Shown here: positions 25,671-38,869 of the stretch, piece after piece
Numbering within the stretch: position 1 is the first letter of the stretch
Layout of the letters: every line of letters starts with the position of its first letter
Source of the DNA: Utricularia gibba
Taxonomy: Eukaryota > Plantae > Magnoliophyta
Assembly: GCA_002189035.1 (NCBI GenBank)
Contig: NEEC01000002.1
Coordinates: 3,720,001-3,784,000 of the forward strand
Direction of reading: 5' to 3'
Length of the DNA stretch: 64,000 nt
Made by a program: the position numbers and the translations under genes
Notes under the pieces: generated by a model
Told to the model about the DNA's origin: nothing
Databases searched by the model: none
The model's input: only the letters and a program-made list of their open reading frames with translations

Positions 25671-27448
25671 TGATAGGATTATGTAAGTGCATAGAAACTA
25701 TTAAAGTGATAAATAAAATTATTTCTATACGAAATTGAATGTTTATATTATCTAAAAACAATGATTCAAAAAAAATGAAAACAAAAAAAAAAACTAATTT
25801 TATATCAATATAGAAAATGATTTGGATCTAGTTTACATCTTATTAAAACTTGACTATATATGTATGTAATCTTTAAATACTGACCTAATTGCATAAATTA
25901 TGAGAATGCTATTCTAAATTAGTACTATTCGATAACTATTGTAATATTGTATCTCGTTTAATGAGATTATAAAATCAATCATTTCATCATATTCATTTCA
26001 ATTTTTGTGATAACCCATGTTTTTCCTAGATTCAATCATGACATCTATATCTCATACCCTTGCAGACAAATTAGGCATGATTTGTCTTACCAATAATATC
26101 CGATTGAACCCTTCTACTTAAGATGTTTCAGGTAAATGTGAGATTTTTCCACACTTGATAACACACAAATTTTCATGTTTTAGGATATGAAAAATCATAA
26201 ATTTTTAATAATGTTTAAGTGTTAATTTTATAGTTTTAAGTATTTTTATTTGATTAGCGAAAATGTGATTTTTGGTGTGATTGGCTGCACGGGGCAATGA
26301 GTACATCGTCACGGCAGCAGTCTGCAAGTCAGAGCCAGGAGCAGCAGATTTGTCAGAGAATGTACTTGCCTTGGGTAGAGTGAGGTGAGAAAAAGATGAG
26401 GAGGAGAGAGAATTGCAAGGGGACAGCGCGTTTTTCAGCATACACATGGGGGGATGTTTCCCTCCAAGATTCAACAACCTCTGTTAAATGTCATTTTCTT
26501 ACTATTTCTTAGGTTGTTTTTATGTCTAATTGTGATTAGAAGTGTCTAATTAGGGGTCTATAATATGAGATTTAGGTTTTTGTCTAGTTTAGGGTAATTA
26601 TCCTAAATCTTGTATTTTATGTAATAATTTTACTAATTTTGATTGAGTTTTTCTAGAGGTGCACACGTGGCAGTAAGTGAGAGAAAGAGAGCATCAGATG
26701 GCGATAAATTGGATCTTCCCGAGCTGACATTCCCTTGATTTCCGGAAGACTTCAGACGTCTAATCATGAGCCTTGATGTGCGGAACACGAGAGTCTCTGA
26801 CAGGCGGCATCATTAGCGTACCAGTGTGTTACGTGTAAAATTGGTGTCCGATGTGAGGCTGATTTAAGGTGAAAGGTGCGATCGGGAATGTCGCACTTAG
26901 TTGGTTTTTCACGGTTGGTCCAATTGAATAAAATTGAGCAAAGATTTTTACGTGGAAACCGCCGGAAAGCGGAAAAACCACGAGCTACCGGAGCTCGCAA
27001 GGAAAGGTTTTCACTCGACGGAGAAGGTGAAGAAGAGAATACAAGTTGAAGAATCATGACCGAATCCTGACATTTGCAAATGTCGGTTGCTTTCTGCATC
27101 TACTATATGATTTCACTTTTAGATATCGGCCATCTGTTATGCCGTAATTCGGTTGCTTTTCAGACTGCATTATACGGCTATACCTGTCAGATCTCTGATA
27201 GATATCGGTCTGTCGGTTGGCATTATCTCTGAGAGTCCCTTTTTGCAGCTTTTCAGAATCCGATTAACCTTGGCCGACTTTATCCCTCATCATTCAGCCC
27301 CTCTGATACCGATTCTTGAGCTGCCGTTTCCCCGAATAAGCCACATGCCGTTCTATGCCACACGTCGGCTCATTGGCACGCCACGTTTTTTCCCACTCAT
27401 TCTGGGTACCTCAAATGTCACGACGCTTCATCTCCCAAACCTTTCCCG

Positions 27449-27456
27449 TATAAATA
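27449..27456 (+). promoter_or_regulatory. Putative TATA box of the Retand antisense gene
   Basis: TATAAATA, followed by a CT-rich leader, a candidate GT-AG intron (27587-27692) and an ATG at 27713. Confidence 0.55.
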
Positions 27457-27712
27457 AGCGCCCTTCGCGTCCGTTCTTTCCTTTGCCCTCTTTGTTGTCT
27501 GCAAGAGTTTTGTGCCCTCTATGCTCCATCGCACTCGTCCGCCGCTCGATCGTCGCGATATCCGTCGGAAAACGCCAATTTTCCAGGTATCATTCGGTTC
27601 CTCATCTTTTCCGTTCGGTCTTCTGGAATTTTTTGACGGGTCCACCTTGTCATTCTAAGTCCTTCCCCTTCCTGACTGCTGCCTCGTTCTAGGGTTTTGG
27701 GCTTCTTTGAAA

Positions 27713-29860
27713 ATGGGTAGGAGATCTAGTGAACTAAACATCCACTCCCTTCGCATTCGGTACTCGATCTCTGATGAGTACTAGCTTTCTCATGCTCGGG
27801 ATACTGAAATCCCTTGGGGGTAGGTGAGGACCCCCTACCTCTGTTCAGTCTCCCAATTCCGCTTGCCTATTTTGAAAGCGGTTTATGTTTCCCTCTTCAT
27901 CCTTTAATAGTCCGTTTTCTCTATACCTTTGCAATCCCGATTTACTGTCTCGCACCGAATTCCATATTCTGCTTTACTACTTTCCTTTTCTATTCGGCCG
28001 GTATGGATCCGGCTATGACTTTGGTAGACTTCTGTCATCTCTTCAAGATAGCCGTTCGTAAAGCCAAGTCCCGATGGATGGCCGATCTCACTTTCAATTC
28101 CGCCGATTCGAGGATAACCCCAACTTCATTGTCAAAGCCCCTGATACCCACCACGATTGGTGGTCATCCTTTGTATGGGTAGCTCCCCCTTGGGGTTTTC
28201 GGTGGAATTTCCCAATCGATCCTCCGAGCCCATTCAGAGTTAAGCTCTTCGGCGCGTACCAATCTTCTTCCGAATCCCGTGAGGTCCTTTACGAGAGGCT
28301 TAGCCGAGGCTCAATCTGGTACGAGTCTCGTGCCTTGATGTTTTCGGGTGAATCCCTGAAAAGATCGGGTATTATCGGTCGTTCTCGAGATCCCCATTGG
28401 CCCGATATCATTTCTTTCGACAGCGCCGATTTGAGAAACTTTCCTCTCGGCCCCCTCTGTCATTTCCTCTTGTTTCGGCTTCATCCCCGATCCCCCCACA
28501 TGTTCAAACCGAGGCCCCAAGAAAAAGAAGAGGGTTAAAGCACTCGCGCAAAAACCCTCAAAGAGGCAAAGAGGTAGTTGGGCTCAGCTTTCCCGAGTTT
28601 CAGAATCGGCATTATGCCTTATTACTTTTCCTACTTCCGTTTTCAACTGAAGAGATGGCTCGAAGAAACTCCCTAGAGGATTCGGTGATGGCGCGGTTCT
28701 CTGCCGAGATGCAAAGGGCGCAGGAACCCGAGGTGCCCTCCCTACACAGGTCTGTCTTCTATCTAACAGTTACCGTGAATTCCCGTTTATAATCTTTTTC
28801 GGTTTTTCTTTCAGATTGATACATCTGGAGCTCAGCCGGACTCCATCGATCTCTCCTCGGGGGGGATCCAGTAGTAGAAGTCTCTGAGACTCGGGAGTTG
28901 ACTCCCCATCCTTCAGACAGAAAAGGGAAAGAGAAAATTCCCCCATCACCCGACCTCAGTGATGCTCCAATACTTGATGCGAGATTCTTTTCGGCTAGAG
29001 CTTCGACATCGGCTCCCCAGTTGAGATACAGAGGGATTCTACCCTTGTGGAAGTAAGGGATAACACGATGCTCCCCCAACCTTCAGTTTCAGCTGAACTA
29101 AGGAGAATCCTGGATGGAGCTATGCCTAGTACCTCGGATCTTCGACCGGAAACGGTACTTGAAGGGATCTGGCAGGTACGTATCCCGTTTCCTCTTCTAA
29201 ATTCTAAGTAATCGGTCCTTGACTTGGAATATTCTTTCAGGCTCTGACTCTTGGGTGGGGAATGGTTAGAGAGATTGGTTCTCAATCGGAGGCAGTCTCT
29301 CGGCTTCAAGCCCAAGTTGTGGCTCAGAACGCCCAAATAAAGTTGTTGGAGGAGGAGGGGAGTTCGCTGAAGACCGTTTTAGGGAAACGCAGCCGCCACG
29401 AGGAGGAATTGCGGGATGTGATCGAGGAAATGGGAAAGGCGGTTGACGACGCTAAATCGGAGAGAGAGGGCTTCAAAGTCCGATTTGAAGAGGCAGAAGC
29501 GGAGTTAGAGCATGCCAGGGGCCGCATTTAAGCTCTGGAGGCCGAATTACTTGATCGACAAGCATCTCGGCAGGGTCTTTTGGATGACTTTGTCAACTCA
29601 GCCTGTTTTGTCGAACTCTCCGATATCTATGCAGGAGACTTAATCGGCTTACTTCTATACCGTCAGAGGCGACAATTCAGCCGGAATTTGGGCTTTCAAT
29701 CATGGATCCACGCTTCGACAGGATACTTAATCGGCTTACTTGTATGACGAAGGATGAGAACATGCTTGATGTTATTGCGGATACTTTCTAGGCCCCAGAG
29801 TTCGGGTTCGAAGCTGATCGAGAGCGGCTGATTGTGCTAATTCGGGCGAGGATAGGGTGA
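27713..29860 (+). pseudogene. Antisense accessory gene of the Retand element (Transposase_28-like N-terminal domain plus coiled coil), apparently spliced, degenerate
   Basis: LAYFESGLCFPLHPLIVRFL...LAPNS and WWSSFVWV..PWGF resemble the recalled Retand antisense domain. Candidate introns are 28750-28814 and 29176-29240; the second joins GIWQ|ALTLGWGMVRE in frame and removes a TAA. A predicted coiled coil lies at 29262-29560. The 3' end is approximate. Confidence 0.72.
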
Positions 29861-30772
29861 GAGAACGACGCCAAGTTAAGGGCCAGGATGGAGCGACATA
29901 CCGGTTCCTCTGCAAATCCTCCCATTAATCCCCATCTCCTCCAGCACTTTAGTGACTTTTTTAACTTGGTGTATTTTCCCCCTGCTGTGGGGCTTCTCGA
30001 ACATTTTTGATATCCCGATTCGAGATTTCCTTCTGATTTGCTCCAATTTTTTGCGTATCATTTCAGCCTTTGATGATATCACATTTCGGGGGAAGCCCCG
30101 AGTTGATTTGTTATGTCTATCACGTGTTTAGGCTTGGAAAGTTCGCCTATGCTTTTGTGATCCAGGGGTGGGTGTCTTTTCGCCAGCCCTTTGGTTGGGC
30201 TTTTTGATTTTTGTTTGCCTTAGTATTTCTTCATGCATGCTGAACCGCTACTAAGGAAGTAGGTCGGAACCCCTCATGGGTTGAGTGACTTCCCCAATCC
30301 GGAAGGGCCCTCTTCTGGCCGAACCCCATTGTTTTGAACATGGGTGGATTTGCTTTGGGTGCACTTGTCGTCTCGAGATTTCGACAATAAAGTCAATACT
30401 TAAGGGCTTTTCGGATTTGCTTTGGGTGCGGTTTACGGGAACCAGTGCCCGAATTATACTAGGGCTTATTCTTGCCACCGACTTATGCCTGGGTTTTGGG
30501 AGATCACATGTACATACATCGGGGGAGATCCCGAGTTGATTTGCCGTATCCCGCAGGGGGTGCTGATTTAGGGGATTTACTTGGGTTCGTGTTGCTTGGC
30601 CAGGGCTTGTAGTTTAGATCTTTCAGGTCTACCTGGGCTTACGCGACTCGACCAGGGCTTATGGTTTCGTTTACTCATCTCCACTCTGGAGGAATTTACA
30701 GGCGCTTGAGTGTTTTGAGGGAGAGAATACCAGATTCTGCGCAATCTGTGATGGAGATTGTCATTGAGCCAG

Positions 30773-33700
30773 TTAGGTATAGAATTTCCTTAGGTGTGAC
30801 ACATTTCACGACCTTGAGAATTCCATGCCGTCTAATTGTTCTAGACGATACGCTCCTTTTACGATTACCCTTGAAATCTGATAAGGGCCTTCCCACTTGC
30901 GATCTAATTTTCCAACATGTCTCTGTGATTGAATGTTTCGGAGCACCAAATCTCCCTCAGAGAATTCTCTTGGAGACACCAACTTGTTATATCGCTTCTC
31001 CGTTCTTCTTTGATGAGCCCCTAGTTGGCTATAGACATTTTGCCGTTTTTCTTCCAACAGCTCCAACTCCAACTTTCGCAGGTTGGCATTCTCTTCTTCA
31101 TTGTAATGCTCTACCCGATAGCTTTTCAGGGTTAGTTCGATAGGGCATATGGCTTCCGAACCGTAAACCAATAAGAATGGGGATTATTCCGTGGTGGTTC
31201 GAGGGGTGGTGCAATATGACCATAGCACTTCATCCAAGGGATCTGCCCATGACCCTAAAAAATCTTCAAGCTTAGTCTTCATACCTAACCTAAGCATTCG
31301 ATTCGTTACCTCTGTGAGACCATTGCTCTGCGGGTGATACACCAAGGTGAAGTTGTGCTTGACCGTATATTTATCCAGGAATGCCTCCATTTTTCCTCCA
31401 GCGAATTGGGTTCCATTATCGGTCACTAGTTCTTGAGGGATCCCGAACCAGATGAAGATATTTCTCCATAGAAATCGAATAACGATTTCCTCTGATATTT
31501 TTGCCACGGCTTCAGCCTCCACCCATTTGGAGAAATATTCGACCACCACGATGACAAATTTCCTTTGGCCTGAGGTTTGGGGGAACGGCCCCATAACATC
31601 CACTCCCATCGATCAAACGGGCACGAGAATGGAAGAGAAGTCAGGTTATGTACCGGCTTTCTCGGTGTACTCGCATGGTATTGGCATACTTTGCATTTCT
31701 TTACCATTTCGGTAATATCCCACTCTATAGTTGGCCAATAATACCCGGTTCTCAGGGCTTTCCTGCATAAGGATTGTATTCCGACGTGGCTGCCACATTT
31801 CCCTTCGTGTAGATCGGTTATGAGTTCTTGAGAATGCTTCGCCCCGATACATCTCAAGAGGGGTCCATCTAGGGATCTGCGATAGAGAATTCCATTTACC
31901 AATGTATATCTCTTTGCTCTAATCTCTAACTGTCGGGCTTTGAATTTATCAGATGGTGTTTCTCCAATTCGTAGATATCGGACATAGGGCGATGCCCAAT
32001 CATGGAGATGGCTCAGCTGTGGTGAGATATCATTTCCTGGTTGCTGGGTAAGGTCACCAAAGGTTGATCCCGCAACCGAATCATCACACTTCCTTCCCTC
32101 ACCTCATGAAAACCTGTAGAAAATCAGGCAAGGCTATCCGCGGATCTGTTTTCCTCGCGCGCCAAGTGGAACAGAGTGAATTCCTTGAAGGTCTTTGCTA
32201 GCTCTTTTACTTGAATATGGTAAAGAGCCATGAGGGAGTCATGGGTTTCATATTCACCGAAAACTGTCCTTGCACAAGTTGCGAATTGGTGTAGACGTCA
32301 AGCTCCGCAACTCCTAGTTCCTTGGCAATTTTCACTCCTTCGATCAAGGCTTTATATTCGGCCACATTGTTGGAGGCTGGGAATAAAAATTTCACCGTGA
32401 TATAAATGTGTTCCCCATCCTAACTTCGGATGTCTATTCCTCCTCTAGCGCCGTTGTATGACGAGCCATCAACGTGCATGGCCCATCGGTCATTGGCTTC
32501 CACAAAACGATCTATAGGTCTGGTCATTTCGACCACAAAATCGGCAAGGGGTTGGGCCTTGATTGATGTTCTCGATTTAAACTCAATATCCATTGTACTC
32601 AATTCGACTGCCCATTTGTCAATCCTTCCGAAAATCTTTGGTCGAGATAGGATATTCTTCAGAGGATGATTCGTGAATATCACAATGTGCCGATCTTGAA
32701 AATATGACCTCAGTTTTGTGGCCGCCATCTTTAGAGCCAAGATGGATTTTTCTGTCATTGTATAACGGGTTTCGGTTGGTAACAGAACCTTGCTCACATA
32801 ATACACCGGCAAGTGTTTATCTGCCGAAATGGTTGTCAAGATCGCGTTGATTGCAACGGGCAATATAGACAGATATAGCCCTAAGGGCTCTCCTGCTTTC
32901 GGAGCCACAAGAAGTGGGGGGGTGAGACATATCCCTTGAGTTTCTCGAAGGCAATCTGGCAATCCCCATTCCATTCTAAAGCGTTTCCCTTTCGCAAGAC
33001 CTTGAAGAAGGATGCCGACTTATCAGCTGACCGAGATATGAAACGGCTAAGGGCAGCCAATTTACCCGTGAGGCTCTGGTACTCCTTGATTGTCCTTGGG
33101 GGTTGCATTTCTCATATTGCCTTAATCTTCTCGGAGTCAGCATCGATTACCCTCTCCGATATGTAATGTCCCAGGAATTTTCCGCTTCGCACCCCGAAGC
33201 AAAATTTTAGTGGGTTGACTTTTAACCCGTATGACCGGCACAGAGAGAAGCAAGAATCCAAATATGCTAAGTGGTCTTCTTCATTCATAGATTTTACGAT
33301 CATGTCGTCCACATATACCTCCATTGAGGTACCGATTTTAGAAGCGAATATTTTATTTACCAACCTTTCATAATTTGCGCCAGCATTCTTTAAACCGGAA
33401 GGCATTGCCACGTAGTAGTAAACGCCATCCTTGGTGTAGAAGGTCATTTTCGGTTGGTCTCTCTTGGCAATGAAAATTTGATGGTATCCCGAATAGGCAT
33501 CCATGGTGCTCAGGAATCGGGATCCGGCAATGGTGTCCACTAGCTTGTCAATCTTCGGCAAAGGATAAGGGTCCCTTTTGCAGCAGGCATTGAGGTCGGT
33601 GAAGTCAATGCACATCCTCCATTTTCCCCCGGGCTTTGGGACGACGACTGGGTTAGCTACCCACTCGGAGTATTGGATCTCCTTCACATAACCAGCTTCC

Positions 33701-36112
33701 AAGAGCTCCCTTGTTTTTTCCTTGATAATTCAGCACTTTTCCTCAGAGAAATGCCGTTGCTTCTGCCGAACCGGTTTTGCCCCCGGGTAGGTATCAATGT
33801 GGTGCTCGGCAACGGATCGATCAATGCCTACAAAGTCTGCAGCAGTTTAGGCAAAGATATTGCCGTTCCTCATCAAAAGTTCAACTAACCTCTTCTCAAA
33901 TTCCGTGTCCAGACTGGCACCAATGCGGGTGGCTTTCTACGGATCTTCTGGTACTAGTCGTACTGACTTGTGCCCTACCAGTTCCATTGCTTGTCTGAGG
34001 GGTTCTCGGGGCTCCTTTTCTACCATCATCACTCTCAGCTTTTTCGCGCAAGGATCTCGACAGGAAGATACATAACAGGACCGGGCGGTTGGTTGGTCGA
34101 TACCCATCGTGCAAATGCCCTTAGGTGTTGGGAATTTAATTTTCAAATACACAGTGGAGGGTAATATACCGAATTGGTTGATGCTAGATCGCTCGAGGAT
34201 GATGTTGTACGAGACCTCTGAATCTAGGATTAAGAATTCCAACCTCTCGGTTCAGTTCCGCCCTGCCGCTCCAAACATCACGGGCAGGGTTATTTTCCCG
34301 ATAGTTTGTACAGCCCGCTGGTCAAACGCGTACAATTCCATGCGCACATGGTGGATACTTCCCTCGTTAGATGACGCCAGTAACTCAGCTACTTCCTTCT
34401 TCATGATGTTGCACGAGGATCCTTGATCGATGAGAATCCTCCTTACTTTGGTGCTCCCGCATATTCCCGATACCACCAAGGGCTCATCTCTCGTGGCTGG
34501 GCCGATCAGGACGTCTCTGTCAGAGAAGCTAATCTCCTCCTTTTCCCAAGCGGCTTTCTCAATTGTACCATTCCCGATCTCGAAAATTTCTCCTCTTCTG
34601 GCTTCATCCAAATATCTCTTCCGTGCTTTTCTGGATACATCTATTTCGCTTCCTCCGAATATCATATGGATTTCCCGAATATAGGGGGACTGCCCTGCAT
34701 TTGATGGGCATTCCGTGGACTTTCCGGTCTGTCTTGTCCTCCGGGAATTGGTTCTTTGTTGTCTCTCGAGATCACCATTGCTGGTTTTGGGGGGAATTTC
34801 GGATATCGGTTCCCCTCATTCCCCGTTCGTTCGTTACGCCCTCTTTTCCGGTCCGTCATTGACGTGGGGTTCCATACCGCATTGTTTATCCCCCCGCTAG
34901 CATGATATTGCTCGATCATCCTCTTCATTACTCGACAGTCGGTAGTTTCATGCCTGGTGGTCTTGTGTATTTCGCAGTAGGCATCCATTCTGGTTGGTTC
35001 CACCTGATACAGTTCATGGCGCTTATTCGGCTTGGGCCCTCGGTTAGGTTGGGTCTCTTGTTGCAAGATTAGGCGGAGCTCCACGCGACCTTTCATCTCG
35101 ATAGACTCTGTCCCAATTTTCGACGTTCCTAAGGCCCGCTTCATTATTTCCACCCTTTCCTTCAAGTCCAACTGGACGTCCTGTGCCAAGCAGTTGAATC
35201 GGTCAATGAATTTCCTCAAGCCTTCTCTTCAGTGATCATACCGAATGGAGTACAACGTTGTCTTTGATGATGGGGCCTCGATGTTGACAGCATATCGGGT
35301 GGTGAAGAGTAGCACCAACTCCCGATAGGACCCCACTCTACATGGTTCTAACTGTTTGAACCAGATCTTGGCTCCCTTCTGGAGTGAGCAGGCAAACAAC
35401 TTACACTAGATGGCTTCGGAGTGCCGGACTGTGGCCATCCTCATGTCGAAGTCGGTAACGTGAGATATAGGGTCTCCCTTCCCTTTGTAGGTGGGTAGTC
35501 CATCGGGGACTCTGAATCCCCTTTCGGGATCCTCTCGGATCAACTCATCAAAGAAAGGATCAAAACAAAGTGCAGGGGTCCTCGTAGTTCCTTCAACACT
35601 ATTCTTCAACGCTAGATCAATGTCGGCAAGGACATCTCCTCTTCCGGTGCGGACATTCTGGTCGAAAGCGTCCCTGAAGCCCCTATTCTCTTTCTTTCCC
35701 GGTGGCGTTCGAGCGGCGATGAGCTTTCGTCTTTCCCGGATCTGATCCAATTCTCTTTTCAGCTCTTCTTCCCTTTCTTCCAAGATTTTTCCAGCCATGT
35801 TTTCCCTATCAGTTCCTGGCTCATATATGACTTGGTTATGCCTCTTTCTTCGCAGCATCTCCTCCTCGGTTTCGGATTCAGTCTCCGTATCCGGGGGTAA
35901 TCCGGAATAAGAGGTTGTTTCTCCGTTCGTGGTGCAGTTTCAGGTGTTCCCTCCTGGGCGTTAGAGTTGAGGCCTAAAGGTGCCCGGAGGTCGGAGAGGA
36001 TTTTCGTTAGCAGGGCTTTCAGTTGCTCCCTGCTGGTGATCATAAAGCCGAGGTCTCGCGCGTCGGCACTTTCGTCCTGAGTCGGGTCGGTGGCTGTGCT
36101 ATTTTCCGCCAT
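30773..36112 (-). pseudogene. Retand gag-pol polyprotein, degenerate
   Basis: MAENST.. start; LPTYKGKGDPISH (gag); RILIDQGSSCNI (PR); WVANPVVVPKPGGKWRMCIDFTDLN, YVDDMIV (RT); VFTNHPL (RH); MHVDGSS and ASNNVAEYKAL (additional RNase H); HEGKCGSH, GVDVMGPF, VTDNGTQF, KWEGPY (INT). Confidence 0.93.
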
Positions 36113-36167
36113 GCTCTGTGATTAACGGGTGGTTCCTGTGGGTTTCTCGAGTGGCGCTGTGGAACGT

Positions 36168-36186
36168 AGCCCCACGGTGGGCGCCA
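36168..36186 (-). other. Primer-binding site of the Retand element (tRNA-Lys type)
   Basis: Minus strand reads TGGCGCCCACCGTGGGGCT, 4 nt inside the 5' LTR. It is complementary to the recalled 3' end of plant tRNA-Lys(CUU), ...AGCCCCACGGUGGGCGCCA. Confidence 0.85.
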
Positions 36187-37711
36187 AAAATGTTACGGGT
36201 AAAATTAGTGTCCGGTGTGAGGCCGATTTAAGGTGAAAGGTGCGATCGGAATGTCGCACTTAGTTGGTTTTTCACGGTTGGTCCAATTGAATAAAATTGA
36301 GCAAAGATTTTTACGTGGAAACCGCCGGAAAGCGGAAAAACCATGGAGCTACCAGAGCTCGCCGGGAAAGGTTTTCACTCGACGGAGAAGGTGAAGAAGA
36401 GAATACAAGTTGAACAAGTCCCCTCTTTGTCATAGTTCCTTCTATTTATAGAAGGGCTCAATCTGATCAAATCCTGACATTTACAAATGTCGGTTGCTTT
36501 CTGCATTTGCTATATGATTTCGCTTTTTAAATATCGGCCGCCTGTTATGCCGTTATTCGGCCACTTTTCAGACTACGTTATACGGCTATACCTGTCAAAT
36601 CTCTGACAGATATCGGTCTGTCGATTGGCATTATCCCCTCAGAGTCCCTTTTTGCAGCTTTTTACAATCCGATTAACCTTGGCCGACTTTATTCCTCATT
36701 ACAGTGTTAGATGTTGCTTGCAAGTCATCCCAAGTTCAGTAGAATCACAAGAACACGAAATCTCAGACTCTCATTGAAGTTCCATTCTGCTCAAAAGTTA
36801 GTAGTTAGTTAGTTTAGCTTTCCCTTTTGTTTCTTTCTCTAGAGGAATTTTTCTCTAGCTTCTCTCTATAACTTTGTTTTCCTTTCCTTTAGTTTGTATT
36901 GCCGTTCGCGGCTAGAAACTTCTGTTTTTGGGTTGGAACACCACCAGATCTATGTTTCGTTAGCTTATCTTCACATTTTCTCTGAATACGAACGGTTTTG
37001 TATGTCTTCGTGCGACTATGTTCAGTCTTTCTGTAACAGTCCCCTTATTCAAGATTCATGGTTAGCTGATCACTTCCCATGAGTTTTGGAGAGGAGCAAG
37101 GTGGAGAGCACCAACTCACGCCCCTTTGGCAGGAGGAAGACTACGTATTGTTTGTGGCCGTACCTCAGGATCAATGGACAGGTAGTGACCTCGTATCTGG
37201 ACTCATTAGGTCATTGGCAACACTCGGGGACACGCGCGCAATTCGGATGTGAGGGTACGCTGGCAGGACCTCTTATTCTCACATTCGTCCAAGGAGGAGT
37301 AACATCGGGCTATTCCCATGCCTTCTTGCAAGAGAGTGTAAGGGAGGGTAGACAATTCCTTACTCCTATAACCGAGTACTCAAGAAGACCAGAGAAGAGT
37401 GAAGATGCAACGAACATAGTTGGACATGATTCCAAACCCAGGAACATTTACCTTATTTAAGGTTCATCGCTTACGCTTATTTCAGTTGTTTATTCAAACC
37501 CCCTCTTATTCCCTTACTCAAGCTTCATCACCAACGTTTCTCGCACCTTTTACCTTCAAAACCGTTTACAAATCGTGACAATTGTATTCGGGGTACCTCA
37601 TCTTTCACTTAAAAACAACTCCCTGTGTTCGACACCCGTACTATGCTTTTGTGTTTTACGAGTTTTAAAAGTATTAAAATTTGTTGTGGAAACGACACGC
37701 AACAAATTTTT

Positions 37712-37728
37712 TGGCACCGTAGCGGGGA
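37712..37728 (+). other. Primer-binding site of element C (tRNA-Asp type, decayed)
   Basis: TGGCACCGTAGCGGGGA lies just after the 5' LTR and resembles the Athila PBS TGGCGCCGTTGCCGGGGA. Confidence 0.75.
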
Positions 37729-38019
37729 GTTGAATTTTTTTTTTTTTTTGTGTTTGGTGTTGTGTGTGTAAGTTTCGTTTTATTTTTTCTTTTTGCCTTC
37801 TTTTCTTTTTTTTTTTCTGTTTTTCTTTCTTTTCCTTGTTGTTTCTTTTCTTGTTTCCGTTTCTACTTGTTTTTCTCTTTTTATGCAGCCAGGTCCACCA
37901 AGGGCTCGTCCAAGCCTGAGATTTTATCGAGAAGTTTATATCCTTTGGACTAAGAGGTGGAACGAACCTTTCTTTCTAAAAAGAGAGAGCAGACGTCTTG
38001 TTCAATCACTGGAGGCATC

Positions 38020-38869
38020 ATGGGAGCGCATATACCCATTGGAGTACCACTTGTGCCCGAGAGCCTGGGAGAACAACCTCACGGAAACTTTCCAGTACTA
38101 GTTCCCACTAACTATGGATCAGCACTACGGACCATCAAGGAGGAAATCACTGCAAATCATTCAGACCATCCCTTATGCATCATATTTGATGGAGAAGAAG
38201 ACTATGAGCTACGTCCTTACTTATTCTAGACGCTTCCAAAGTTTGCTAGAAGGGAAAATGATTACCCTAACCGTCATCTACGTGAGTTGCACATGGCTTG
38301 TGCATCCATGTGCCCCAAGGGAGCTACGGAGAATCAAGTCAAGCTTAGAGTATTTCCCTTCAGTCTTACCGAATGAGCTTTGGAGTGGCTCTATGGACTT
38401 CCCCCTTCATCTATCGCCACATGGGAGCAGATGGTTCAAAAATTCTTAGATCGCTATGCACAACTAGGAAGAGCTTCAGCCGGAAGGAGAGCCTTGACTA
38501 CCATGATGCAGAGTGAAGGAGAAAACTTGCAGGAGTATTATGATCGTTTCAACCAAATCTACAACTCCTACCCTCAGCATGGACTCACTGAGAGCCACAT
38601 CTGACAGCACTTCTATGAAGGATTGACTCCTATGATCCGAGGACAGATGGATGCCACTTGTAATGGATCATTATTAGCGAACCGTCACAGTGCTGATGCC
38701 CGCAGACTCATTGAGCAAATGGCTGCTAATTCCTATTCCAAAGCCAATCGTTATGATAACTCCTATAGACCACTTGGTGGAAAGATTAGAACAGCGAAAG
38801 CGGTCTATGGAGTGGAAAACTCAGAAGTACTCGCTCAACTTGCAGCAATGAGCAACACGCTGAAGTTTG
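38020..38869 (+). pseudogene. gag of element C, truncated by a Copia LTR
   Basis: YELRPYL..LPKF, VKLRVFPFSL, WEQMVQKFLDRY, QSEGENLQEYYDRF, FYEGLTP are Athila gag motifs. Frameshifts and stops are present. Confidence 0.88.

Larger units (their letters stand above)
26827..36701 (-). mobile_element. Full-length Ty3/Gypsy Tat (Retand-like) element, TSD CAGTG
   Basis: LTRs at 26827-27292 and 36191-36701; CAGTG at 26822-26826 and 36702-36706. PBS is next to the right LTR and the PPT complement TTCAGCCCCTCT is at 27293-27304. Domain order PR-RT-RH-aRH-INT, short LTRs and an antisense 3' ORF fit the Retand lineage. Confidence 0.95.

Noticed and set aside
27771-27778. CTGATGAG as a hammerhead ribozyme core (retrozyme)
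   Set aside because: No flanking helices or matching GAAA arrangement could be built by eye, and it lies within the antisense ORF.
36168-36186. tRNA-Lys gene
   Set aside because: Only the 3' 19 nt including CCA are present, 4 nt from an LTR. This is a primer-binding site.
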